A DNA stretch of 64,000 nucleotides from an uncultured virus (IMG/VR IMGVR_UViG_3300042894_007218) (Duplodnaviria; Heunggongvirae; Uroviricota; Caudoviricetes). The notes below the pieces were generated by a model. It was given only the letters and a program-made list of their open reading frames with translations. It was not told the DNA's origin and did no database searches. Made by a program: the position numbers and the translations under genes. Location: the IMG/VR virus record IMGVR_UViG_3300042894_007218; one strand, 5' to 3'. Shown in pieces: positions 51,186-60,020 of this stretch; position 1 is the stretch's first letter; every line of letters starts with the position of its first letter.

Positions 51186-53045
51186 ATGATTAATGATTTA
51201 AAAGAAAGAATTGTAAAAGCTAATGAGGCTTATAGATTAGGTAGTCCAATTATCTCTGATAAAGATTATGACCAATTGGTTGAAGAATTAGAGTTACTTT
51301 CTCCTGGTGATGAATTACTCACTAAAGTAGGTCATGTAGTTGCTGACGAAACACGAAAAGCAAAACTACCAATTGAAATGGCTTCAATGAATAAAATTAA
51401 ATCGATGGATGATATCAATGATTGGTGTCGTCTTAAAGGCATTTCTAAAAACGAAGTAGTTATTATCACTCCAAAATTTGATGGTTTGTCTCTTTGTGTA
51501 AATGAGTTCAGTGATGATGCTTTTACAAGAGGTGATGGTCAATTTGGTCAAAAATCAAACGAGCATTATAAATTAATCAATAACCATCTTTATGATATTG
51601 ATGGTGAAATGGATGTATTTGCGCCAATTGATTGTGAATTTACTTATGGTGAAGTTATGATGTCTAAAAAGACATTCACTGATAAATATTCAGCTGACTT
51701 TGCTAATCCTCGAAATCTTGTCGCTGGCCTCTTAAACTCTAAAGAAGCAACTCAATCTTTAAAAGATTGTAACTATATTAAATATGGTGCTATTTTTAGA
51801 CCAGATTTAGTAGATAAAATATCAACAAAACAAGAAGTATTGGATTACTTAAATCAATATCAAAAAGTTAAAGTTCAATATCATGTATGTAAAATCTCTG
51901 AACTAACAGAAGATTTACTTATCGACTTATTTCATAAATTCAGTGTTGATTATGAAATTGATGGTCTTATTATCGAAATCAATAATTTATCTTTACAATA
52001 TACATTAGGAAGAGAAACTTCTTCTAACAACCCTTGTTACGCAAGAGCTTTCAAACATCCTTCTTTTGAGCAATCCGCTGAAACTGAAATCATTGGTATT
52101 TCTTGGAATATTTCTAAACAAGGTTATCTTAAACCTACTTTACACGTTAGTCCTGTTAAATTAGACGGTGTTACTGTTTCTAATGTAACTGGTAACAACG
52201 CTCGTTTTGTAAAAGATATGGGTATTGGAGTTGGTGCAAAAGTTATTGTAAAACGTTCTGGAATGGTTATTCCAATAATTGCTGATGTTATTGAGACAGT
52301 TGAGTTTCAAATGCCTGATGTTGATAATATCAATTGGAATGAAAATGGTGTTGAATTGGTTACTTTAACCGAAACAGACGACCAAAAATTAAAAAAGAAC
52401 ATTTCTTTCTTTGAGATTTTAGAGGCTGACAATGTTTCTGAAGGAGTTATCACACAATTATGGGAAGCAGGATATAAAACAATTTCAGATATTCTAAAAT
52501 TGACAACTTCTGATTTAGAGAAAATTGATCGTTTTGGAAAACGAAAAGCTCAAATTGTTTATGACTCAATACAAAAATCTGTTACAAATGTTCAGTTGTC
52601 TAAACTACAACATGCTACAGGTATCTTTAAAGGATTGGGTAGTAAGAAATTGTTGTTGTTAGAAGATTTTGTTACTAAGCCAACTGTTGACCAAGTTATG
52701 TCAATCGAAGGATTTGCTGAGATTTCTGCTAAGTCTTATGTTGATAGTTATGATGAATTCTTTAACTTTGTAAAAGACTTACCTGTCACAATTTCTCAAA
52801 AAGTAGAAGTTGTTAAAACCGGAACAGATTTAGAAGGAAAACAATTTGTATTCACTGGCGTTCGTCGTAAAGATTTAGAAGAGGTTATTGAATCTCGTGG
52901 TGGGAAAATCGGTGGTTCCGTATCTAAAAATACGACACATTTGGTTATGAAGGCAATTGGTTCTGGTTCTTCTAAAGAAAAGAAAGCGATTGACTTGGGA
53001 GTTGAAGTTATCACAGTTGAACACTTAGAAGATTTGTTGAAATAA
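51186..53045 (+). CDS. ligA: NAD-dependent DNA ligase
   Basis: Y....PIISD..YD, KFDG, TRGDG, GE, NPRN, DG, AFK, RSG.VIP, HhH repeats, C-terminal BRCT (VFTG...GSVSK.T). Confidence 0.93.
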   Translation: MINDLKERIVKANEAYRLGSPIISDKDYDQLVEELELLSPGDELLTKVGHVVADETRKAKLPIEMASMNKIKSMDDINDWCRLKGISKNEVVIITPKFDGLSLCVNEFSDDAFTRGDGQFGQKSNEHYKLINNHLYDIDGEMDVFAPIDCEFTYGEVMMSKKTFTDKYSADFANPRNLVAGLLNSKEATQSLKDCNYIKYGAIFRPDLVDKISTKQEVLDYLNQYQKVKVQYHVCKISELTEDLLIDLFHKFSVDYEIDGLIIEINNLSLQYTLGRETSSNNPCYARAFKHPSFEQSAETEIIGISWNISKQGYLKPTLHVSPVKLDGVTVSNVTGNNARFVKDMGIGVGAKVIVKRSGMVIPIIADVIETVEFQMPDVDNINWNENGVELVTLTETDDQKLKKNISFFEILEADNVSEGVITQLWEAGYKTISDILKLTTSDLEKIDRFGKRKAQIVYDSIQKSVTNVQLSKLQHATGIFKGLGSKKLLLLEDFVTKPTVDQVMSIEGFAEISAKSYVDSYDEFFNFVKDLPVTISQKVEVVKTGTDLEGKQFVFTGVRRKDLEEVIESRGGKIGGSVSKNTTHLVMKAIGSGSSKEKKAIDLGVEVITVEHLEDLLK

Positions 53046-53084
53046 TGAAAACATTAGATTAAATTATTATAAAAATAAATAAAC

Positions 53085-53588
53085 ATGGGCGCCGACATAC
53101 ATTTTTATGTAGAAAGATGGACTTCATCAAATGATTATGAGGGACCAAGAGACTTATCAGAGGATAGAGAACAAAAATTAAGTGAAGTTTTAGAAGATAT
53201 TCCGTCTAAATTTAGATGGGTATCTGCTGATAAATGGGTTTGTGATGATGGTCAATGGGAAGTTCCATATCATTTAGAGTATTATAATGGTAGAAACTAC
53301 TATCTTTTTAGTATCTTAGCAGATGTAAGAAATGATGGTGGTGTAGAGCCTATTAATTATCCTAAAGGTATTCCGGATGATGCTTCTTCTGGTTACCTTT
53401 ATAAGTTTGACCAATGGGATGGAGATGCTCACTCACATTCTTTCTTTACTTTAGAAGAATTATTGAACGTAGATTGGTCAGAATATGAATCAGAATACAT
53501 TGGTGATTTTATGGAAACTTTAGAAAAAATGACAAAAATTGATAGTGATCCAAGTAATGTAAGATGTTGTTTCTTTTTTGATAATTAA
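53085..53588 (+). CDS. Conserved phage hypothetical protein
   Basis: MG.DIH, RNY.LF..LA.VR, G.P.D, HS.S..TL.EL, ends FDN. Confidence 0.6.
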   Translation: MGADIHFYVERWTSSNDYEGPRDLSEDREQKLSEVLEDIPSKFRWVSADKWVCDDGQWEVPYHLEYYNGRNYYLFSILADVRNDGGVEPINYPKGIPDDASSGYLYKFDQWDGDAHSHSFFTLEELLNVDWSEYESEYIGDFMETLEKMTKIDSDPSNVRCCFFFDN

Positions 53589-53693
53589 CGACATGGAGAC
53601 TAAACTTTTTGGATATATACAATATAATTATAATATAAACGGCAAATTAACGGCGATGGCGGCTTACAGTCAAAAGAAAAATTAACGGCAACT

Positions 53694-54293
53694 ATGGAAG
53701 CAAAAATGAAATCATTTGCTGAGCAAGAAAAATTGTTCAGAGAAAAAACAGGGAAAGAATTTACACAACTTTATTCTAAGTATTATCCCAAATTAATCTA
53801 CTTTACAAATCGTATTTGTAACGACCCTCAAAAGGCAGAAGATTTATCGACAGACTCTTTTATGATAGCACTCGATAAAATCGAAAAATACGACAAAGAA
53901 AAATCTCAATTTTCTACGTGGCTATTTACAATAGCAAAAAACTTAACTTTACAAGACTTAAAAGTTGAAAAAAGGTCTATTTCATTAGACATCGAATTTG
54001 ATGAAGAAGGAACAACAATGAAAGACTTCATCACAGAAGAAGAATCTGATTTACATGTTCAAGATGTATCTGATAGAAAAGCTGAAATTATGAAAAAACA
54101 TATGGATACTCTAAAAGAACCATATAGAACAGTAATTGAAATGCGTGAAATCAAAAAGATGGCTTATAAAGATATTGCCGACCAGTTAGGTAGAAACCTT
54201 TCAACAATCAAATCACAAATTAGAAACGGAAGACACATTTTAATTTCTCAAACTAAGAAAGAGTTTGATGATATTGATGAAATGTATATGTAA
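53694..54293 (+). CDS. RNA polymerase sigma-70 family factor, ECF type
   Basis: AEDL..D.F, FSTWLFTIAKN, region 4 YKDIADQLG....TIKSQI..GR. Confidence 0.88.
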   Translation: MEAKMKSFAEQEKLFREKTGKEFTQLYSKYYPKLIYFTNRICNDPQKAEDLSTDSFMIALDKIEKYDKEKSQFSTWLFTIAKNLTLQDLKVEKRSISLDIEFDEEGTTMKDFITEEESDLHVQDVSDRKAEIMKKHMDTLKEPYRTVIEMREIKKMAYKDIADQLGRNLSTIKSQIRNGRHILISQTKKEFDDIDEMYM

Positions 54294-54319
54294 TAATAAA
54301 CTCTTAAAATTTAAATAAA

Positions 54320-54886
54320 ATGGCGGAAAATTTACCCCTACCTAAAAAACGTGACTTGTTTTTTACTAAACAAGTTGACCAATCATCAATTGGTGAACTT
54401 ACTCAAAAAGTAATTGAAATTAACCAAGATGATGAACATTTAAAGAAGGTGTATTCTATTTATAATTTAGAATACAAACCTGAACCAATTAAAATTTATA
54501 TCGACTCTTATGGTGGTGCGGTGTATCAATGTTTTGGATTACTTTCTGTAATTGAACGAAGCGCAACTACGGTTCATACTATTGTTACTGGTTGTGCTAT
54601 GAGTTGTGGTTTTCTAATTCTTATTTCTGGACATAAAAGATTTGCTCATAAAATGTCAACACCTCTTTATCACCAAGTTTCAACTGGTTTCTGGGGTAAA
54701 GTTCAGGATATGGAAGAAAAATTAGAAGAAACAAAACGACTTCAAAAACAAATTGAAGATTACACTACTGATAAAACAAAAATTGGTAAAAAGAAACTAA
54801 AAGAAATTTTAGAGAATAAAAAAGACTGGTATATGTCTTCTGATGAAGCTCTAGAACTCGGAGTAGTTGATGAAATTTTAAAGTAA
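54320..54886 (+). CDS. clpP: ClpP-like protease subunit
   Basis: IYIDSYGG, GCAMSCG (catalytic Ser), LYHQ, DWYMSSDEALELGVVDEI. Confidence 0.85.
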   Translation: MAENLPLPKKRDLFFTKQVDQSSIGELTQKVIEINQDDEHLKKVYSIYNLEYKPEPIKIYIDSYGGAVYQCFGLLSVIERSATTVHTIVTGCAMSCGFLILISGHKRFAHKMSTPLYHQVSTGFWGKVQDMEEKLEETKRLQKQIEDYTTDKTKIGKKKLKEILENKKDWYMSSDEALELGVVDEILK

Positions 54887-54891
54887 AAAAT

Positions 54892-56184
54892 ATGAATATT
54901 GAAAGTATTGTAAGAACAGCAGTGGAAAGAATTAAATCAACTTGGGGTTTGCCTGAGCAAGGTTTTATTGCCGGAGGATCGATTGCCAATTTAGTTTGGG
55001 AATTAGTCTCCGGTAAAAAAGCCGTTGTTAATGATGTTGATGTTTTTTTGTTTGATGGTGTTGTCGATGGAATAGATCCATCTGATAAAAAATCTCTTTT
55101 CAAATATCAAGAAAAAGAAACAAAATTTTGGGAAGATTATACCGGAATGAGATACTCTTCTATCACAAAAGACTTTTATACTATTGAAAGTTCCGAACAC
55201 GAAGGAATGTTCAATAAGGTAAAGTATAAATCTAATAAACCAGATACTGATATTATTCTTAGGTCTTTTGATATCAATGCAACAAAAGTTGGTTATTCAA
55301 TCGAAGAAGATAAGTGTTATTGGACGCCTGAGTTTGAAGAATTTTTAAATACCGGCGAGTTGAAGGTTTGTAATACTATGACACCTGCCCATACCGCAAT
55401 TAGAATTGTTAAAAAACAAAAAGAATTAGATTGTAAATTAGACCACTTTGAGATTGATTTGCTTAAACATGCAATTGAACATAGATTTAGTGATGCAATT
55501 CGTTACAAATTTAAAAGTAGATATTTTGACATCTATAATCAACATATTGACGTATTGGAAAAAGATTTTCTAATTAAAAGAGATAATTTTACAGAAGAAT
55601 ACATACGATTAAACTTCAATGAAGAGACCTGTATTTATTATTTAGAGTCGGTAATCAATTCCACTACACTTGATGATAATGTTGAGTTTGTTTATGGAAG
55701 AGAAGTTTTTAATGATGAAAATTTAAGAAAAATTCATACTACACAAGAATTTCTTTTTTATATGAGAAATATCTATGGTAAAGATATTCTTCCGGAATTG
55801 TGGTCAAGACTTTATTTTTTCTTTACTGATAAATCATATGTAGATTGTCAACCAACTGAAGAGGAATTAGGTCTGATTAGTAGATTAGGAAAATATGCTC
55901 CTAACTCTATTGATAATTTAAAAGGAAAAAAATTATCTGAGCAGATTAAATTAGTTAAATGGGTTTTAGAAAAATATGAAGAGGACCCAATTGTTGCAAT
56001 TTCAATTTTAGAAAAACACAAATTATCTCAAGAACTTTTAGATGAACACGATTTATTTTTACTTGAACTTACAGTTAGAAAACAGATAGTTAATGATACT
56101 CGTGGCAAGGTAAATAAGGTTTTAGGTATAAATGAGAAAATAAAAGAAGATTCACCTATAAACAATCCAGACTGGTGGGACTAA
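54892..56184 (+). CDS. Nucleotidyltransferase-fold protein (CCA-adding/poly(A) polymerase head-like)
   Basis: FIAGGSI, NDVDVF (DxD), FDINA, R..K motif. Confidence 0.55.
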   Translation: MNIESIVRTAVERIKSTWGLPEQGFIAGGSIANLVWELVSGKKAVVNDVDVFLFDGVVDGIDPSDKKSLFKYQEKETKFWEDYTGMRYSSITKDFYTIESSEHEGMFNKVKYKSNKPDTDIILRSFDINATKVGYSIEEDKCYWTPEFEEFLNTGELKVCNTMTPAHTAIRIVKKQKELDCKLDHFEIDLLKHAIEHRFSDAIRYKFKSRYFDIYNQHIDVLEKDFLIKRDNFTEEYIRLNFNEETCIYYLESVINSTTLDDNVEFVYGREVFNDENLRKIHTTQEFLFYMRNIYGKDILPELWSRLYFFFTDKSYVDCQPTEEELGLISRLGKYAPNSIDNLKGKKLSEQIKLVKWVLEKYEEDPIVAISILEKHKLSQELLDEHDLFLLELTVRKQIVNDTRGKVNKVLGINEKIKEDSPINNPDWWD

Positions 56185-56224
56185 AAAATTAATAAATAAC
56201 AAACAAAAAATAAAAATAAAAATT

Positions 56225-56548
56225 ATGGTAGCATATATAACCGAGTTAAATGAAGAAAATTATGATAATTTCACTAAAGAAGATTTAGTGTTGGTTGATA
56301 TTTGGGCAAATTGGTGTAATCCTTGTAAAGTAATATCCCCTATAATTGACCAGGTTTCATCCGATTATGTTGGTAGATTATCAGTTGGTAAATTAGATGC
56401 TGATATCGCTCGAGACCTACTTGTAAAGTTATCTGTAAGAAATATACCAACTCTATTATTATATAAAAATGGAGAGATAGTAGAAAGAAATACCGGAATG
56501 GTAACAAAAGAAAAAGTTGAAGAGTTAATTAATAATCATTTAAATTAA
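56225..56548 (+). CDS. trxA: Thioredoxin
   Basis: LVDIWANWCNPCK, IPTLLLYKNG. Confidence 0.9.
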   Translation: MVAYITELNEENYDNFTKEDLVLVDIWANWCNPCKVISPIIDQVSSDYVGRLSVGKLDADIARDLLVKLSVRNIPTLLLYKNGEIVERNTGMVTKEKVEELINNHLN

Positions 56549-56553
56549 TTTTA

Positions 56554-57096
56554 ATGAATTCTAAAAAGGATTTACTTGACTTAATTAATAAATCACCACT
56601 TACACTTATTGGTTACACCTTTCAGGATGAAAGAATTAAAGACGAATTGATTTCTAATTTTAACTATGTTGAGATTAAAGAAATTAATTCGTCTTTTTCT
56701 TTTAAGTCATTTTTAAGAAATGAGAAATTAAATCATATTTTAGATAGTGGTAAAAAGTTTGATTATATTCTTTTAGACTTAAATAATATCCTTCCGACAT
56801 CATATGACCCATCTAAAGTTTTTAGTAGAGTTGGTTTTATTAAAAATGTTCTTGAAAAATTAAGAGAAAGAGTATGGGTAGAAGGATATCCTCAATATAA
56901 AATAATTGTAACTTCACCACTTAACAAAACTTCAGATAAAGATGAAATAGGTAGTTTTGTTGGAGGTAACCAACCTATTTATATGGCTGATTTGGTTGTT
57001 GTACTAAAAGACGAGATAGCCAGAGTTATAAAGAACAGAGATGGTGGTGAAGGTGATTATATTCTTTATAATACTAAACAAAGTTTAGAAATTTAA
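56554..57096 (+). CDS. Hypothetical protein, possibly a degenerate DnaB/RecA-fold fragment
   Basis: ILLD, ADLVVVL...KNRDG resemble the DnaB C-terminus; no Walker A. Confidence 0.4.
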   Translation: MNSKKDLLDLINKSPLTLIGYTFQDERIKDELISNFNYVEIKEINSSFSFKSFLRNEKLNHILDSGKKFDYILLDLNNILPTSYDPSKVFSRVGFIKNVLEKLRERVWVEGYPQYKIIVTSPLNKTSDKDEIGSFVGGNQPIYMADLVVVLKDEIARVIKNRDGGEGDYILYNTKQSLEI

Positions 57097-57109
57097 TTAT
57101 ATTTGTTAT

Positions 57110-57544
57110 ATGAGTATAGTAAATAATAGAAAAGCATATTTTGAGTATCATATTCTTGAAGAATTTGAAGCTGGAATTGTGCTTTTAGGTTCGGAAGTAA
57201 AATCTATCAGAATGGGTAATGTTACCTTAACTGATTCTTTTATTTACTTAAAATCTGGTGAAGTGTGGATTAAGAATTTTAAAGTTGCAAGATATAAACA
57301 AACACATCTTTCTGAAAAACATGAAGACAATAGAGAAAAGAAATTGTTACTTACAAAGACACAGATTATAAAAATATCTCGAATGATGGAAGATAAAGGT
57401 GTAACTTGTGTTCCGCTTCAAGTCTTTACTAAAAACAATAAATTAAAAGTAAAAGTTGGTGTTGTGAAGGGTAAGAAACTTTATGATAAAAGACAGTCTA
57501 TCAAAGAACGAGATATCAAAAGAGAAATGCAAAGAGGTTTATAA
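57110..57544 (+). CDS. smpB: SsrA-binding protein SmpB
   Basis: NRKAYFEY...EAGIVLLGSEVKSIR, R.KKLLL, GKKLYDKR. Confidence 0.93.
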   Translation: MSIVNNRKAYFEYHILEEFEAGIVLLGSEVKSIRMGNVTLTDSFIYLKSGEVWIKNFKVARYKQTHLSEKHEDNREKKLLLTKTQIIKISRMMEDKGVTCVPLQVFTKNNKLKVKVGVVKGKKLYDKRQSIKERDIKREMQRGL

Positions 57545-57545
57545 T

Positions 57546-57926
57546 ATGAGTAAACGAGAAGACTATGAGCAGTTATTATCTGAACTGAAATCAGCTCAAA
57601 ATGAAGAAGATGTCATTAAAAGCATCACCAATATAATTAAAGGATTTACTTCTGATTATTACAAAAGTGACCTTTATGAAAATCCATATTTTAATTCATT
57701 GGTTCCGGAAATAAAAGAAACTATTTCTAATGAGTTGATTGATATAAAATCCACTCTTAAAGAGGAAATCGCAGCGATTAACAATGAGATTATGAATTTA
57801 AATAGTAAGGGTATAACTTCTATAAATGACCCGGATATTTCAAAACTTCGACAATTAAAAAAAGATTGTTTACTACTTATAAAAGAGTTGGATGATAGAC
57901 TAAATGATTTAATTCATTTATATTGA
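57546..57926 (+). CDS. Hypothetical coiled-coil protein
   Basis: Start moved to 57546, just after the smpB stop. Confidence 0.5.
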   Translation: MSKREDYEQLLSELKSAQNEEDVIKSITNIIKGFTSDYYKSDLYENPYFNSLVPEIKETISNELIDIKSTLKEEIAAINNEIMNLNSKGITSINDPDISKLRQLKKDCLLLIKELDDRLNDLIHLY

Positions 57927-59546
57927 TTTTAAAAAAGTTCTTATTCTGTTTATCTTTTCTAAATCTTTTTTATAATCATCGTCTGAATATTGGTCTTTAT
58001 ATTGATCGTAGTAATATTCCATTTCTTCTGGATATCTAAATCCACTCATACATTCTCTTACTTTATAGTCTAGTACGTTTCTACTCATTTTTATGAAATC
58101 ATAAACAGATTTAATTTTTGTTCTTAATAACCAGAGTTCGTCAATTGAGTTAATTTTTTTCTTTGTTAATGTTTGATTAATTTCTAAACCTAATTTAAAT
58201 AATTCATCATATATTTTTTTGAGTTTACTATCACCTTTTATGAATTTCTTAGTTTCTTGAAATTTCACCAACTGTTCATAGTAATTTTTTGTTCTGCTTT
58301 TATATTGGTCTTTAATCCTATTTACATAATATGTTTTATCACTATCATCCGCATCTACTAAATTATAGAGGTAATCAATGAAAATTGATATGTCTGACCA
58401 GTCAGGTCTTTGTAAGTAGATAGAGAAATAACTAAATTCTTGTGCTAAGTGTTTATTGACAATTTTTTCCAGTTCAAAAAATTCAGTTTCTGTAATTTTT
58501 AAAGACACGACTAATTTTTGAATATATCTTTCAATATTCATTTTTTTAATTTCTGCATCAGTCATTAACTTAGTTGCACCTTCTTTTTCTGATCTTCTTT
58601 GTTGTTTTGTTTCAGATGGTTTTTCAAAATATGGAGCATCCGATTCAGGATTTATTAAATCATCAAAATAAAGAACAAGTGCAAAATCAGCCTTTTCTAA
58701 GACAGAAGTTGTCATAGAACTACCTCTTCCCCAATTACTAAATGAATACCTATTACTTAGTGGTAAATTCCATTCAAATGGATCTTTTTCCTCTTCTGGT
58801 TGATCTTCGTCTTCATTTTTGACTGGTGGTTCTATATAATGTATTTCTTGATCGGATGGTCTCCAAAAGTGTAATTTGCGGTGGTCGTTACCCATCTCAT
58901 CATTATCAAATAACCACCAACTTAACTCACCATATTGTGTGTAGTTTCTCCAATCAGAACCATCAGGTATTGAGCCTGGTGATACATTTTGAATAGCGTA
59001 TGTTCTATTATTATCTGGTTTGTCTACATAGATTTTTGCTAGTGTTATTGATCTTCTAGATGAAGAATCAAATTGACCAATAACTGTATCACCAGTTTTA
59101 AGTTCGTAGTAATTAGTTACAGGCCAAATTTCACCGGTTGTAGTAATATTTTCTTTTATATGGTCCATATCAGATTCATTAAACTTTTGAGTATCTCTAA
59201 AACCGTGATTAGTTGAGTATGATTGATTTCTATCTCTTCTTTGATTACCAGTTGCTGTGGTTCCTAAAAATCCATCTTGTAGTGAAAACCAAAATTTTAA
59301 TACCCAGATACCTTTTGAGTTGGTAACATCTTTGTCATTCTTTAAAAGTAGTGCTTTTTTTGCATTTAAATATTTTATGTTTTCGTCAGAAATTTGGTCA
59401 ATTGGATAATCAACATTTGTCATAAAATCTCTCAATGTAGAAATAAAACTATCCGAAGATTTTGTTCCTACTTTATCTTTAAGGAATTTTAGAGTACTAG
59501 ATATACCTTTTGCTTTGAAGGCTTCGTATAACTTTAAATATTTCAT
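57918..59546 (-). CDS. Hypothetical protein with MKYLKLYEAF N-terminal motif
   Basis: 542 aa; AATATATA 5 nt upstream. Confidence 0.6.
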   Translation of the reverse strand: MKYLKLYEAFKAKGISSTLKFLKDKVGTKSSDSFISTLRDFMTNVDYPIDQISDENIKYLNAKKALLLKNDKDVTNSKGIWVLKFWFSLQDGFLGTTATGNQRRDRNQSYSTNHGFRDTQKFNESDMDHIKENITTTGEIWPVTNYYELKTGDTVIGQFDSSSRRSITLAKIYVDKPDNNRTYAIQNVSPGSIPDGSDWRNYTQYGELSWWLFDNDEMGNDHRKLHFWRPSDQEIHYIEPPVKNEDEDQPEEEKDPFEWNLPLSNRYSFSNWGRGSSMTTSVLEKADFALVLYFDDLINPESDAPYFEKPSETKQQRRSEKEGATKLMTDAEIKKMNIERYIQKLVVSLKITETEFFELEKIVNKHLAQEFSYFSIYLQRPDWSDISIFIDYLYNLVDADDSDKTYYVNRIKDQYKSRTKNYYEQLVKFQETKKFIKGDSKLKKIYDELFKLGLEINQTLTKKKINSIDELWLLRTKIKSVYDFIKMSRNVLDYKVRECMSGFRYPEEMEYYYDQYKDQYSDDDYKKDLEKINRIRTFLKSI

Positions 59547-59563
59547 AAAACTATATATTAAAA

Positions 59564-59594
59564 ATTGTTTATTAAAAACTTTTTTTTAACTTTG
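59564..59594 (+). promoter_or_regulatory. Bacteroidota sigma-A promoter driving the structured RNA/yqeY unit
   Basis: ATTG (59564-67), 19 nt spacer, TAACTTTG (59587-94). Confidence 0.6.
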
Positions 59595-59602
59595 TATAAA
59601 AT

Positions 59603-59997
59603 TAAAGAGACATCAAAACAAGAGTTTCGAGAATGCGTAAAGAAACAAGTTATCAAACTTCAAACGCTTATGTGTGAGTTTTGATGTAATTATGGTGGTA
59701 AGTAGCTGACAAATAAATTAACACTCTTATTAAAAATCAGTGAACCACCTTGTATGATATACTATATGATAAAATACAAGAGTGTAGATATTGAAATTTG
59801 TGTTGGATGAATATATCTGTAATTATTAGAAAAAACAAACAACACAAAGAGAGATTTAAGAGCAGAATGGTAACACTGCTCAACCAAGGCGAAAGCACAT
59901 TAAAAGGCAATCCTAAGTGATGAGGTCACTAAAAGTCAAGATACTATAGGTTCTAGGGTTCCGACCATACTTGACAGGCGTTCCAAAACTCTCTTTA
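59603..59997 (+). ncRNA. Large structured non-coding RNA of unknown class
   Basis: No long ORF; many helices, two candidate pseudoknots, GNRA/UNCG loops, complementary 5' and 3' ends. Confidence 0.65.
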
Positions 59998-60020
59998 TTT
60001 AATAAAGAAAAATTAAAAAA

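Noticed and set aside
59603..59997. tmRNA or RNase P call for the structured region (SmpB is nearby; GGC GAA at 59888 resembles a Bacteroidota resume codon)
   Set aside because: No tRNA-like acceptor/T arm with CCA end, the frame (GESTLKGNPK) lacks an Ala-Ala tail, and no GAGGAAAGUCC P4 motif. Left as unknown ncRNA.
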